From Octopus vulgaris (lineage: Eukaryota), in NCBI GenBank assembly GCA_951406725.2, contig OX597820.1:25420001-25484000 (forward strand): a stretch of 64,000 nucleotides of DNA. Reading direction: 5' to 3'. Below, in pieces: positions 12,747-26,270 of the stretch. The notes beneath the pieces are model-generated. The model saw only the letters and a list, made by a program, of their open reading frames with translations. It ran no database searches and was not told where the DNA came from. How positions within the stretch are numbered: the first letter of the stretch is position 1; the number at the start of each line of letters is the position of its first letter. The translations under genes and the position numbers were made by a program.

Positions 12747-13292
12747 ACATAGCTATTAGACTTTTTAATTTTATGTCTATATTAGTTATTTGTTTTGTAT
12801 GTATGTAATTATAGCTGTACACACTTCTATAGCTATATATGCATATAAGTAAGTATGCATATACAATTGTATATGTGTGTATGTATGTATGTATGTATTA
12901 ATGTATGTGTGCATGTGTTTGTGTGTAAATAACAAACGTACATGCACATATCTTTATTTTATATAAGGAACAAATAAAATCTATAAAACAAACGGGAGCT
13001 GAAATAATTTCTCTTTTATTTTGTCCTTAAGAGCTCTAGGAAGTATTAGGCATGAAATCTCAGTTTGTATCCCAGATTTTAACTTCCTGAACCTGATTTA
13101 TGCAAGTGTGTGTCTACTTTGACATCTGTATGTGTAAATGTGTGCATCATCATCATCATGCGTGAAAATTTTCAGTTGGAATCAAAATAAGCAATCAGTT
13201 CCCTAATGCTTATCAACGTTTGTTGGAAAACGTCGGTTGCCTTTGTGTGTGTGTCTGCATGTATCTCTATCTATACATACATGTGCATATAT

Positions 13293-13328
<36 letters not shown>

Positions 13329-13377
13329 ACATATATATATACATACATGTATATATATGTATACACACACACACAAA

Positions 13378-14050
13378 GGCATAGGTGTTGCTATGTGGTA
13401 AGGAGTCTGCTTTCCAACCACATGGTTCTAGGTTCAGTCCCACTGCACGGCACTTTGAGCAAGTGTCTTCTACTATAGTTCTCGGCTGACCAAAGCCTTA
13501 TGACTGGATCTGGTAGATGGAAACTGAAAGTAGCCTAACATAGTTGTGTATATCTGTGTGTATGTCTTTGTGCATGTGTCTGTACCACACCACTATTTCA
13601 CAACCTGTGTTGGTTTGTTTATGTCCCTACAACAGCAGTTTTGCAGGTATGGGAACTGAAACAAGTAAAAGATAATATATATTTCTTTTATCTTTTACTT
13701 GTTTCAGTCATTAGACTGCAGCCATGCTAAGGCATTGTTTTGAAGAATTTTTAGTTACATGAGTCAATCCCAGTACTTCTTTTTTGAAGCCTGGTATTTA
13801 TTCTATCAGTCTCTTTTGCTGAACTGCTAAGTTATGGGGACGTAAACACATCAACACTGGTTGCCAAGCGGTGATGGGGAACAAACAGACACAAATGCGC
13901 ACTCACACACAGACAGACACACACACACATACAGATAAATTTATACAACAGGCTTGTTTCAGTTTCCATCTACCAAATCCACTTACAAGGCTTTTGTTAG
14001 CCCAAGGCTATAGCAGAGGGCACTTTGCCCAAGGTGTCACATTCCGTTGC
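13378..14050. mobile_element. two SINE family A copies tail-to-tail (+ 13378-13672, - 13685-14050)
   Basis: Degenerate family A motifs in opposite orientations. Confidence 0.7.
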
Positions 14051-15174
14051 GTTTCTTGTCCCCATCTGACCAAAATGGTGATATGATGTTTACATTCCTA
14101 ACTGGTCACTCTGCATTTTTGAAGACCAGTGGAATAAAAAAAAATCTCTTGCTTGGAAAATAGATAAAATCCTGCAATTTCCTGTCCAAAACCTTGAGAG
14201 CACTCTTGCATTCTGGTGTTTATTTGGTCCTAAGAACCACTTGGGGTCTGATATGAAGTTGTCGAATCCCTGAATTCTCTTGTCAGTTATTGACAACAAA
14301 TGCACCCTTCATATTTAAGCCTCCCCAAGAAAGAGTATAGCAGCAATAAATGAAGAAATAACTGCAATAGCACACACACTCAAATACATGTGTGTGTATG
14401 CACACATACACACAGACACACTGCATGTGCACATGAACACACATGCACACAAACACTACATGCACACAAGCACACATGCTTCAGGGCCGAGAGCAAACAA
14501 AACAAAGCAAAACTACACAGAGTGTGATTTAGGATGGTGGACAAGGACGAACAGACAAGCAAAATATGGCCTTGGGACCAAGAAGACAAGAATAGTGGGT
14601 AATGCTTAGAAGATATCTTAAAGGATAGAGAATGGAGAGACAGAGAATTTGTGATTGGTCAGCTATGGGACCAGTGTGAGAAAGGGAGAAAGCTGGCCAT
14701 GGGTGATGTGACAGCAACAGGTAGAGGAGAAAGACATCAGCAAGAGAGTGACAGAGAGAAAAAAGGAAAGAAATGAGGGGAGAAAAAGAGGAAGGAGAAA
14801 GGTTAGAAATACAAGAGAGAGAGAGAAATGAAAAAAGAAGAAAGGTTAGAATAGAAGTGAGAGGGGGAGAAAAGGGAAAGGCTAGAATTGAAGTGAGAGT
14901 GTGAGAGAAAGAAAAGGGAAAAGAATGAAGGCAAGAGAGAGAAAGTCACATAGGTATATAAGAAATTTACTTGTTAATACAAATTCTGTGTGCATTGCAT
15001 TCTGTTACTTAGTATATTAATGTTTCACTCAAGCATAGCAAGACTAATAGTGTGGTGTGGTGTAGAACTCAATATATGTATTGTCCTGAACACAATGTTA
15101 TATGAGTATAGAGTGGTTATAGAAATCAAAGAGATGACATCAGAAAAAACAAATGTTATGTAATAAACTTCATT

Positions 15175-15255
15175 AGCTTACAGCTGTTTCTGCTATAAGA
15201 TGTGGTGGACTCTTTGTTGAGTACCAAGATATCATCCTATAGCTTCATCAGAGCC
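15175..15255 (-). ncRNA. minimal type I hammerhead ribozyme with extended stem II
   Basis: GGCU-CUGAUGA-A-GCUAUAGGAUG..CAUCUUAUAGC-A-GAAAC-AGCU-GUA-AGCU: intact core boxes, 11-bp stem II, palindromic stem III loop, 4-bp stem I; the 10.1/11.1 position is A.A. Confidence 0.75.
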
Positions 15256-16229
15256 TTGAATATGAAGTGCACTTTATTTGGGAAACCTTACATTTTCAGA
15301 ACATATGGGTGTTATGAGTGAGAAAGTTTACATTGATGGATAGGGCAAGTTCTATCCTGCTGTCATCGCTTTGTTTTCTATATACACACATACTTTTTAT
15401 TTTATTTATGGGTTTTATGTTATGTTAAGAGCAATATTTCTTAACAATTATCAAGTCTGTCACATGGGACTTTTGTGTTCATCTCCATCTTGGATAAAAA
15501 AAAAAAAAAACCCAAGATGGAAACGAACATTGATGTTCCATATTACAGGACTGATAATTGTTAAGAGATATCTCTCTTAACATAAAACCAATGGTAGCTC
15601 GGTTAACACACAAATAAAGAATATTTATCCACCAATGTGTGTTGAGCACTCAATTTCATTGTTCGATATTAATGCATATATACATACATATATATATATA
15701 TATATAATAGATCAGGCTGTTGATGAGCCAAAAAAAAAAAATCAGACATTAATCTTCATACACATACATACACACACCACATGCACACGAACATGTACAT
15801 GTAGCATCCAGCCACCTTTTTGCAGATCATAAATCGCTAATGAAATTCGAGACATTTCATGTATATGTATATGCACATTCATTGTTAATTGGAAAAAAAA
15901 AAAAAGAAAAACCTTTTATGCTGCCAGTCGACATATCAGGAGAGGAGAGAGAGAGAGAAACAGAGAGAGAAACAACTGTATATAACTGCAACAAGAATTC
16001 ACTCTATATTCTTTGTGTCATCCATTTTTTAAACAATCTTCTTTTATGTAATTTCTTTCACTAGCAATTGTTTACATTGAGGTCCTGACCATTAATACCT
16101 TCTTCATTATTCTTTTATCATGAGGGGGGGAAAAAAGAACAAAAAAATTGCTTTCATTTTTGTCGCTGTTGTTGTTGTTATTTTCTCTTTCTATTGTATT
16201 CAGTTTATTCAATTTGCCTATTTTTTTAA

Positions 16230-16423
16230 TGTGTGTGTATATATATATATATATGTATATATATGTATGTAAGTGTGTGTGTGTGTATGTATATATGTGT
16301 GTGTGTGTGTATATATATATGTGTGTGTGTATATATATATATATGTATGTGTGTGTATATATATATATGTATGTATGTGTGTGTGTATATATATATATGT
16401 GTGTGTGTGTGTATATATATATA

Positions 16424-16456
<33 letters not shown>

Positions 16457-16515
16457 GTATGTATGTGTGTGTGTATATATATATGTGTGTGTGTGTATAT
16501 ATATGTGTGTATGTA

Positions 16516-16560
<45 letters not shown>
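16230..16560. repeat. (TA)n/(TG)n compound microsatellite
   Basis: Direct inspection. Confidence 0.95.
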
Positions 16561-17616
16561 TGGTTTGATCTGTATTATTTATCTTCTGGGGTTTTTTTTC
16601 ATTATTTCTCCCTCCATTTTCTTTTCTCCCACCCAAACCAGATAACCTACCCTCAATTTTTAGATGAGTGCTTTTTTTTTTTTTTTATTTTTATTTATGG
16701 TTATTATTTTTTTTTTTTTCGTCTTTTATAATATGCACCACAGATGCATGCATTTTGTTCAACCGAAATGATTGTTCATCACTATTTATATACCACAGCC
16801 ATTTATAAACAAATGCATTCAGTCCTGCTCCCGCCCCCACCTCCAATGTCATCAGCATCACCATCATCATCACCAATACCACCACCATGGCCAACTTCTC
16901 TAATTTATTTTGTCCTTTCTTCCTCTTCTCTATTCCCTTTAAAAATAGCACAAGCACTTGTTGATGAGGAAATCTGACGTGTTTAAGTATAAATCTTTCA
17001 TCATATGTCGAGATAAATCTTCCATCATATGTCACGGCACATTAAGCTGCTCAACAAAAATTGTTTCCAAAGTTAAAACCTTTATTTAGATCACTGTTTT
17101 TTTTAGTTTTTTTTTTAATGTTAGCTTCCAGTAATGTTGTTTTATATTTTATTTATATATTCTTTCATTCGTCCATTCATATTTTTTCTTTATTTTATAA
17201 ATATCAAATGACTACGTGGAAATAAATACAAAAAACATATCACAAAAAGGAGAGTGAAGAAAAAATTAGTTAGTGTGGGTTATTAAGTCGATGTCTTAGC
17301 TATTCTGGATCATCATTTTTAATATCCTAGTCCCCGTTTGATAAATACTAAGCATGCTTTCTTTTGGCTAGTTCTTCAAATTTAACTATAAAAAATTTTT
17401 TAAATATAATATAATTAAAAAGCAAAATGAAAAGGATGCTTGTGGGGATTGTATGCAGGAAGAACTCAAGAGTAGTGCCAAATAGGATAAGAATGTTTAA
17501 ACTGCCTTTTCAAAACTCTGTTTAAAAACCATTCCTGGGGCTTGTTCTCAAGTAGCTACTTGTTCCCTCGATCCTCAAAACTGCTGGTTGCACACTCTTT
17601 TAGACCAGTTCTCAGT

Positions 17617-17622
<6 letters not shown>

Positions 17623-17657
<35 letters not shown>

Positions 17658-18160
17658 TCTCTCCTTCTTTCTCCCACTCTCTCTCCCCTTCTCTCTTTTT
17701 TCTCCCACCCTCTCTTTCCTTCTCTCTTTTTTCTCCCACTTTCTCTCTTTCCTTTCTCTCTTTCTCCCACTCTCTCTCCTCTTCTCTCTTTTTTCTCCCA
17801 CTTTCTCTCTCTCCACTCTCTCGCTCTATGTATCTTTCTGTCTCTCTTTCTCACACCCTCTCTCTCCCTCTGGTTCTCTCCTTTCTCCCACTCTCTCCTC
17901 TTCTCTCTCTTTTTCTCCCACCCTCTCTCTTGCTTTCTCCCACTTTCTCTCTCTCCCCCCTCTCTCTCTCTATCTTTATATCTGATTCTTTCTCCCATCC
18001 TCTCTCCCTCTGGTTCTCTCTCTCTTTCTCCCATTCTATTTCCTCTTTCTTTTTTCTCCCACCCTATCTCTTCTTCCCTCCATCTCTCTCCTCTTCTCTT
18101 TCTCTTTTCTCCCACCCTCTCTCTTTCTTTCTTCTACCGTCTCTATCTCTCTCTCCCTCA
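17623..18160. repeat. CT-rich degenerate minisatellite (recurring tttctcccac unit)
   Basis: Polypyrimidine tract with repeated ttctcccac/tctctc blocks. Confidence 0.85.
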
Positions 18161-18590
18161 CCTTTCACAACATTCTGTGAATTCCTTGATTCTGAAGATT
18201 GCCTTTCCCTTCCTGACTCTCCCTCCAAATCCATTCACCTCCCACTAATCTTCATATTTTCTTCTTCTTTTGCGTTGCATTAAAATCATAATGATATTAT
18301 CATAAATCTAGGATTTAGCTTCAAATTCAATATAGGATTAATCCTTTTGATCCAGCCTGCCTAAGACCACCTATGATTCTGTGATAGAAAACTTCTTGCT
18401 TTAAAGATGTTGCAGCTGTGTGGTAAGAAGCTCGCTTCCCAACCACATGGTCCCAGTTTCAGTCCCACCGCATGGCACCTTGGGCAAGTGCTTTTACTGT
18501 AGCCTTGGGCTGACCAAAGCCTCATGAGTGGATTTGGTAGATGGAAACTGAAAGCCCATCATATATATATATATGTGTGTGTATGTGTGT

Positions 18591-18720
18591 GAAGGTGCAT
18601 GGCTCAGTGGTTAGAGCGTCAAGCTTACAATCGTGTGGTTGTGAGTTGGAATCCCGGACTGGGCTGCATGTTGTGTCTTGAGCACCAGTTCACTCAGCTG
18701 TAGAAATGAGTTGCGATGTT
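18591..18720 (+). mobile_element. tRNA-derived SINE family D, partial
   Basis: gcatggctcagtggttagagcg head plus ttcactcagctgtagaaatgagttgcga; related copy at 35945-36270. Confidence 0.6.
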
Positions 18721-19490
18721 CACTCTCTTGCAAGCCTGTGACAGAACTGGCAGAACATTGGATAGAAGGCATCATTTATCTATTCTGATTCATCCTCTTG
18801 GATGATCTACTAGTCTATCATAGACAGCTTTCCAGATTTTTGTACTAATTCCAGACAGCTAGTTTGTGGGATTGAATCACACAGAAGTGGCTGCTGTCAA
18901 GGATTTGAACTCAGTCCCTATGAATTAGTGGACCAGTGTCTTGTCTTTCAGCCACTATACCTCTTTTTCATTTATAAAGCGTGCTTTCTAATTTGCTGGC
19001 TTTGGTGATCCCACTATTGCTAGTTAAGAGTTCTTTGTAAAACATCTGCCTACTTCAGTAACTTGGTTACCAGTTGTTAATAGCAACTCAGATAACAACC
19101 CTTACAGATTAATCAATAACATATGCAATTAGTTTAAAGTTCTGATTAAGATAATTGAATTAATCATTGTTTCCCTAATACTGCTCCTAATTGCCTTCAC
19201 TTCTCATGATTTCGTAGACCTACCTACCCAACTCTTTCCTTTTCAAATCCATCTTTTTATATTTTTTTTTGGAAAACTTCTCAGCTTATGCTTTGTTTTG
19301 TTTTGTTTTGGGGTTTTGTTTTAGTTCTTTTTTTTTTTGAGAGAAACATGAACTCGATATCTTTTTGAAGTTCATTATTTTGAAGTCTGATATGTATCTA
19401 CACGTATATGTCTACTTACATCCACCCGCACACATTCTTTTTATACATCTATTATTTTATATGTATATACTCATATATTTTTATGAATAA

Positions 19491-19527
<37 letters not shown>

Positions 19528-19689
19528 GGCTTTATTTCCACACACGCCAGCTTAATTTAATTTGTCCTTACTCGAAACACACCTGTTGTTATGTCCTGTT
19601 ATTATTTTCATTGTATTTGTGTAACATTGTCCGTTTTTTCCGTCCTTGTTTTTGTATACATTCGCTGTTTTCTTCCAAGGAATCTAATA

Positions 19690-19915
19690 CTCTTAGCTTA
19701 GTTTTTCTTTGGGGTTGGCCAGATTGGAGCAGTCTCGAGTATAATCAGCCAAAATTGCGAAGATAATCTGGTACTTGACTGAAGAAAGAAAGCTTCGAAT
19801 GACCCGTCCTTGTTTTTTTTTGTATCTTCTATCTGGATGTTTTGTCGTCTCATTTTTGTATCACCTAACTGTTCGGATGTTTTGCACTCTTGTCCCATTT
19901 TGTATTTTATATTAA
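19690..19915. repeat. dispersed repeat, inverted relative to 6420-6575
   Basis: aaaattgcgaagataatctggtacttgactgaagaaagaa..tgtcccattt is the approximate reverse complement of 6420-6575. Confidence 0.7.
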
Positions 19916-19924
19916 AATAGATGA

Positions 19925-20403
19925 ACATCAATGGAATTTGTATCTTTGTGGTACCAGTGCCGGTGGCACATAAGAAAACCATCCGCACGTGGCTGTAGCC
20001 AGTACCGCATCGACTGGCCTCCGTGCTGTGGGCACGTAACAAACACCATCTGATCGTGGCCGTTCGCCAGCCTCGTCTGGCACCTGTGTCGGTGGCGCAT
20101 AAAAAACACCATCCGAGCGTGGCCATCTGCCAGCCTCGTCTGGCACCTGTGTCGGTGGCACATAAAAAACACCATCCAACCGTGGCCGTTTGCCAGCCTC
20201 GTCTGGCACCTGTGTCGGTGGCACATAAAATCACCCACTACACTCTCGGAGTGGTTGGCGTTAGGAAGGGCATCCAGCTGTAGAAACACTGCCAGATCTG
20301 ACTGGCCTGGTGCAGCCTTCGGGCTCCCCAGACCCTAGTTGAACCGTCCAACCCATGCTAGCATGGAAAGCGGACGTTAAACGATGATGATGATGATGAT
20401 GAT
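19925..20403 (+). mobile_element. RTE-type LINE 3'UTR fragment with three ~60-bp tandem units
   Basis: Same 3' end as 6964-7577; repeated caccatc..gccagcctcgtctggcacctgtgtcggtggc units. Confidence 0.8.
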
Positions 20404-20703
20404 ATACACAGACACAGATATTTTTATACATATATGATTTTATATATATATATGTGCACACACACATTTGTATATACTCTTACTCTTTATTCCTTTACTT
20501 GTTTCAGTCATTTGACTGCGGCCATGCTGGAGCACCGCCTTTAGTTGAGCAAATCGACCCTGGGACTTATTCTTTGTAAATCTAGTATTTATTCTATCGG
20601 TCTCTTTTGCCAAACTGCTAAGTTATGGGGATGTAAACACACCAGCATTGGTTGTCATGCAATGTTAGGGGGACAAACACATACACACACATACATACAC
20701 ACA

Positions 20704-20759
<56 letters not shown>

Positions 20760-20839
20760 CATATGTATATAAATTAGAGAAGAACCACCATGTAGCAATT
20801 CAACAATAATATAATTAAATATTCGATAAAACATTTACC

Positions 20840-20902
20840 TAGAACTAAATAAAGTACAAAATAATACTATTTATTTATTATTTTGTACTTTATTTAGTTC
20901 TA
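20840..20902. repeat. AT-rich hairpin, ~26-bp arms
   Basis: tagaactaaataaagtacaaaataata / tattattttgtactttatttagttcta. Confidence 0.8.
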
Positions 20903-20964
20903 AGTATTTTTATTTAGTTCTGGCCGCAGTCAAATGACTGAAACAAGTAAAAGAGAGAATAAGA

Positions 20965-20996
<32 letters not shown>

Positions 20997-20998
<2 letters not shown>

Positions 20999-21195
20999 TG
21001 TCAGGTATCCCAGATGAACCAACTTTATGGCAGGAAGTGCAGATGAGGGCAGCTGCATCAAACTCTCTCATGCACCAAATGTCAATTGCTAAAAAGCAGT
21101 CGTGAAGTAAAATCATGTAGCAACACCGAAAGGCGGTGCCCCAGCATGGCCACAGCTCGTGAGCTGAAACTAGATGAAATGAAATGAAAAAAATG

Positions 21196-21199
<4 letters not shown>
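20997..21199 (+). mobile_element. 3' end of CR1/L2-group LINE sharing its tail with SINE family A
   Basis: LSGIPDEPTLWQEVQMRAAASNSLMHQMSIAKKQS* (20998-21105), then aaaggcggtgccccagcatggccacagctcgtgagctgaaac and (gaaat)n. Clade assignment is from memory of the IPDEP..SNSL motif. Confidence 0.65.
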
Positions 21200-21229
<30 letters not shown>

Positions 21230-23451
21230 GGATCTTTAGAGCCTAGTGTGGCTCCTAGCCCTAGACTTGCCAGCTCCTGTCAAACCATCCAACCTGTGCC
21301 AGCATTTACATCCAGTTCACTTTGAACCACATCAGTGGATGAACCTTGAATAAAGTTGCATAGACAGCTAACCAGTCAAAAGTAACTGGATGCAAATGCA
21401 ATTTGCTAGCTGGCCATGCAGCAGAAACATATGTTGGACAAATTTAAACCAGATATGCTGCATAATTGACAGAAAAAATTTTTAAATATGCAGATTTACA
21501 GATGTACTAACCTACATATTCATTGCAATTGTCATACATATACATATGTATATATCCACACACACGTATATAATCTTTACTTGTTTATTACTCCGTATTC
21601 TAAATTATTACTGACAGACAGAGATACAGGGAGACATGTATAATATATTTAGATATATATATCTGCATGTTCACATATTTGTCTATATGAATTAGTCAAT
21701 TATATCGAAAGAAATATTGAAGTCTGAAATTTTTAAAAATTTCATTAGAGAAAGAAGAGTGATACATATGACCTTTGTTTGCTGGGCTTCCATCTCTGGT
21801 CAAGGAAAGGGAGGAAGAAATCGTGATTCATGGGTCATCTTTCCACCAGAGAATATATTTGAAAGCCTACAATGGTGTAGATTTTGCTAAAAGCTCCTTA
21901 GAGAGTGATAAACGTCTACCCAAGAACAGTTGCATTCTATCTGTCAGGCTTCCATATATTTCAGAGATGTACTTGCCTGGAAAATGGTTTGCTCTCAGAC
22001 CATGTGTTAAAACTAAAACAATTACAATATGGGAAACACACATTAGTCATTCAAAAACACACAGCCACTATTAACTTCAATTAAACATTTGTGTTTTTGA
22101 ATACCTTAATATGTGTCCCCTGCACTGTAATTGTTCCTTGTAAACATTTGCCAGCAACACATTCATCACTCCTCGCAAAGCTTGAGTCAGCTTGAGGTTA
22201 TAGCAGAAAACACTTGCCCAAGGTGAAGTGTCATGCTTTGGAATCAAACACACATCTGCATGTTTACATTGCAAACTACTTAACCAGTTCTTAGCTATGC
22301 CTGCGTCCTATAAGTAGTTAAGTTTGTATCTAAGTATAAATCAGTTAAATGTTTATTGACAGCTTAGGTCAAAAACTAATCATGTATTACTGTAAATTCT
22401 TTTACCAGAATTTACTGCTATTGCTTCTCATCTTTCATTCTTTAATTCTTTCTTTCGCTGTCTATTTCTCTTGTTATTCCTTTATTTATTTTCCTTCGTA
22501 ATTTTAGCTTTCTGCATAGATTTCTTTTCTTGGATACTTAAGGAAGAAGAAAAGGAAACTGTTTTGCAAAAGTAGCAGCAGCAGAAGCAATGGTGGCGGT
22601 GGCAGCAGTGGTTTCTTGTATTTGCCACGGGGGCATCAAACGAAGGGGACATTAAAACAACGGGTTATGATTTGAGTGAAGAAAAAAGATAGTAGAAGGA
22701 AATGACAGGAAAAGAATACTTTGTATACAGAATATATGAATACATGGACGATGCAGTCCTCTTTCTCCTCGTCCTCTTCTTAATAATGATGATGATGATT
22801 TTTTTTATTTTGTATACATATATTCATGGTTTTGTAATGCAAAAAAACATTTGTTACATTCACTACAAGCTCTTTTATTCTTTTAACTGATTCTATTCAT
22901 GGGGTTGTGGCCATGCTAGGACACCAACTTTAAGTATAAAGCTAATTACATTATCTCCAGTTTTTGACTGATATTTTACTTTATAAAAATCATAAAGATG
23001 ACTGACAATGCTGGCCTAGGCAGAGTTTGAACTCAAAGCATAAAATGATGTCACAAGATACATTAGGATATTTTCACATATCTGCTTCATCAACTCTGTC
23101 ATTTATTATAGTAATAATAATAATAATAACAACAACAACAAGAGCACTCAGAGAGTGCAAACCTCCACCAAGGCAACACCAATGTCCTCTCAACAATTAG
23201 CCAGAGATGATTTTTAAAATGAGAATATCTGAAATAAACTGGTCTGCTCTCACAAACGAGAATACTAAACATGAATCCAACCACTCTCAAAAATTAATTT
23301 TAAAATCCAGAGAAATTATCTAGAATCCTTGTCCGGTACCTGATTAATCCCAATGGTTGTCATGGAATGTGAAGGTGGCTGTAGAAAATTTAGTAACAGT
23401 AATGAATAGCTTATCCTTATCTAATATAAGCCAAAGTTAACAAATTCACCA

Positions 23452-24250
23452 TTCGTTACATTCTGAGTTCAAATTCCGCTGAGGTTGATCTTGTCTTTCA
23501 TTCTTTCAGGGTTGATAAATTAAGTACCAGTCATGTACTGGAGTCGATGTGTTCAATTGTCCCCCTCCTCTCAAAAGTCCAGGTCTTGTGCCTATAGTAC
23601 AAAGGAATATTAAGCTGGTGTAAGGTAGTGAGCAGGCAGAATTGTTAGCATGCTGAGTGAAATGCTTATAGGTATTTCATCTGCCGCTACATTCTGAGTT
23701 CAAATTCCGCTGAGGTCGACTTTGCCTTTCATCCTTTCGGGGACGATTAAATAAGTACCAGTTACGCACTGGGGTTGATATAATCAACTTAATCCGTTTG
23801 TCTGTCCTTGTTTGTCCTCTCTGTATTTAGCCCCTTGTGGGTAGTAAAGAAATAGGTATTTCATCTGTCTTTACATTTTGAGTTGATATTCTGCCAGGGT
23901 TGACTTTGCCTTTCATCCTTTCAGGGGTTGATAAATTAAGTACCAGTAGAGCATTGAGATCAATGTAAGGAACTAGTCCCCTTCCCCGAAGTTTCAGGCC
24001 TTGTGCCTATACTAGAAAGAATTATTATAGGGCATGTAAAGCACTGAGCTACCAGAATCATTAGCATGCTGAGCAAAAGACTTAACAACATTTCATCCAT
24101 CTTTACATTCTAAGTTTAAATTCTTCCTAAGTTAACTTCAATTTCATCCTTTTAGGATTGATAAAATAAGCACCAGTTGGACCTTGGGGTCAATGTAATT
24201 GACTAGCCTCCACCCCCAAATTTGCTGGCATTGTGCCAAATTTTGAAGTG
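23452..24250 (+). mobile_element. cluster of ~4 head-to-tail SINE family B units
   Basis: Repeated acattctgagttcaaattcc..tttcatcctttc..gataaattaagtacc. Confidence 0.8.
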
Positions 24251-24355
24251 ATTATTAAGCTGGTGTTTAGAACATAAATCAACATGGAATTTTGATAGAA
24301 GGTTTTAATTCAGATCACTTCAAAAGTTTGTATCATAGAAATAGGAGAAGCTAGG

Positions 24356-24570
24356 AATCCAGGTAAATGAGTCACTGGAAAAAAGTCACGGTAATAAAGT
24401 CACAGGGATTTTGTCCTAGAGAGGTTTTGTTTGGATCCCATGAATTAAATGTGGCTTTTTTTCCTGTGACTTTATTACCAGCCATCGTAAATTAATTATG
24501 ACTTTTTTCCTAGCCAAAATTGTAACTTTATTACTGGGACATTTTTTCCTGTGACTTTATTACTGGTCAC
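24356..24570. mobile_element. MITE-like element with inverted arrays of GGTAATAAAGTCAC/GGAAAAAAGTCAC
   Basis: aaaagtcac units on the left, gtgactttattac/tgacttttttcc units on the right. Confidence 0.5.
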
Positions 24571-24915
24571 CATTTCAGGCTGGTTGGAATCAAAAGGGTT
24601 GAATATCACATGATATTTTGTCCATTCTGTCTTAATTCTGCTATTCACTTTTCTGTATATTTCAATGCTTTTCAAATATTGCAAAAAAAAAAACATTGGT
24701 TCCTGAGAAGTAAAATCAATAACTTTTTTTTTCATTTCGTGTGGCTGTCAGAAGTAAAAGAGATTAATAATATTTTTATTTTAGTAAGGCAGTCTTTTTT
24801 TTGTGTGTGTGTTTGCGAGGTAGTCAAACAAATCATAACTTCCTTGATGATACTGTGAACTCACAGGTAAAACTCCGAAGAACCAAGAGACTGGTTTGAC
24901 CACAATAAAAATATT

Positions 24916-25071
24916 GGCTGTGTGATAAGAAGCTAGCTTTCCAACCATATAGTTCTGGGTTCAGTCCCACTGAATGGCACCTTGAGCAAGTGTCTTCTAC
25001 TATAGCCTCTGCTGACCAAAGCCTTGTGAGTAGATTTGGTAGATAGAAACTGAAAGAAGTCAATCATATAA

Positions 25072-25103
<32 letters not shown>

Positions 25104-25325
25104 CTCTGTGTCAGTGTTTGTCCTCCACCACTACATGACAATTGGTATTGGTGTGTTTACATCCCTGTAACTTAGCAGTTCAGCAAAAGAGGGTGATAGA
25201 ATAAATACCAGACTTTAAAAAAAAATAATAAGTACTGTGGTCGAGTCATTAAACTAAAAATTCTTCAAAGCAGTGCTCCGGCATGGTCACGGTCTAATGA
25301 CTGAAACAAGTAAAAGATAAAAGAT
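24916..25325 (+). mobile_element. SINE family A (diverged)
   Basis: Head, core and tail present. Confidence 0.8.
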
Positions 25326-25344
25326 ATATATATATATATATATT

Positions 25345-25824
25345 GAAATTGAACCAAATTCGATGACTGGCACCCATGCCAGTGGAGCGCTAACAGCTCC
25401 ATCTGAGTGGGATCACTGCAAGAGCAGCTGTCTGGCTTCCATGCTGGTGGCACGTAAAAAGCACCATTTGAATGTGATCATTACCTGCGTTGCCTTACTG
25501 GTACTTGTGCCCGTGGCACATGAACAAAACATTCGAGCGAGGTCGTTACCAGTGCTGCTGGACTGACTCCTGTGCAGGTGGCACATAAAAAGTACTATTT
25601 CAGCTTGGCCGTTGCCAGTACCGCCAGACTGGCCCTTGTGCCAGTGGCACATAAAAGCACCCACTACACTCTCAGAATGGTTGGCGTTAGGAAGGGCATC
25701 CAGCTGTAGAAACTCTGCCAGATTAGATTGGAGACTGGTGCAGCCATCTGGTTCAGCAGTCCTCAGTCAAATCATCCAACCCATGCTTGCATGGAAAGCG
25801 GACGTTAAATGATGATGATGATGA
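25345..25824 (+). mobile_element. RTE-type LINE 3'UTR fragment
   Basis: gtggcac..aaaagcac repeats; ends acccatgcttgcatggaaagcggacgttaaat(gat)n. Confidence 0.75.
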
Positions 25825-26201
25825 TATATAATGTATGGTGAATTTATGGAAAGAAGTCCCATAAAACTCATCGATTTATTTAAAAATGGAGGAGAGAAGT
25901 TGTTGAAATATATTAGAAGTTTAATTCTTGCAGACGATTGTTTCATACAGAGATATAAAAATAATAATGCAAATTCATGATTGAATTGAATTAAATTAAA
26001 TTAATTAAATATATCAATGTTCTGTTCAGTGTAGGAAGTATGAACAAAAATACATTATATACAAGTATTACCTTTCATATCTTCGCAAATTTACGCCTGT
26101 AAACTACCAGCAAAGTATGAAGAATCAACAACAGGAATCTATTTTGGAAAACTCCAAAATTAAGGGATGAATCTACATTCAACCTTTTTACACCTACATT
26201 G

Positions 26202-26232
<31 letters not shown>

Positions 26233-26270
26233 GACAAAGTGAAGTTGTAAGATACTGCACGAGTGGAAAT

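Noticed and set aside
19775-19812. CTGAAGA..CGAATGACCCGTC hammerhead-like string
   Set aside because: GAAU instead of GAAA and no stem I complement after the GUC.
21775-22074. 99-aa ORF (also 30333-30620 and 14090-14305)
   Set aside because: No recognisable motif or clear splice boundaries; lengths are compatible with chance.
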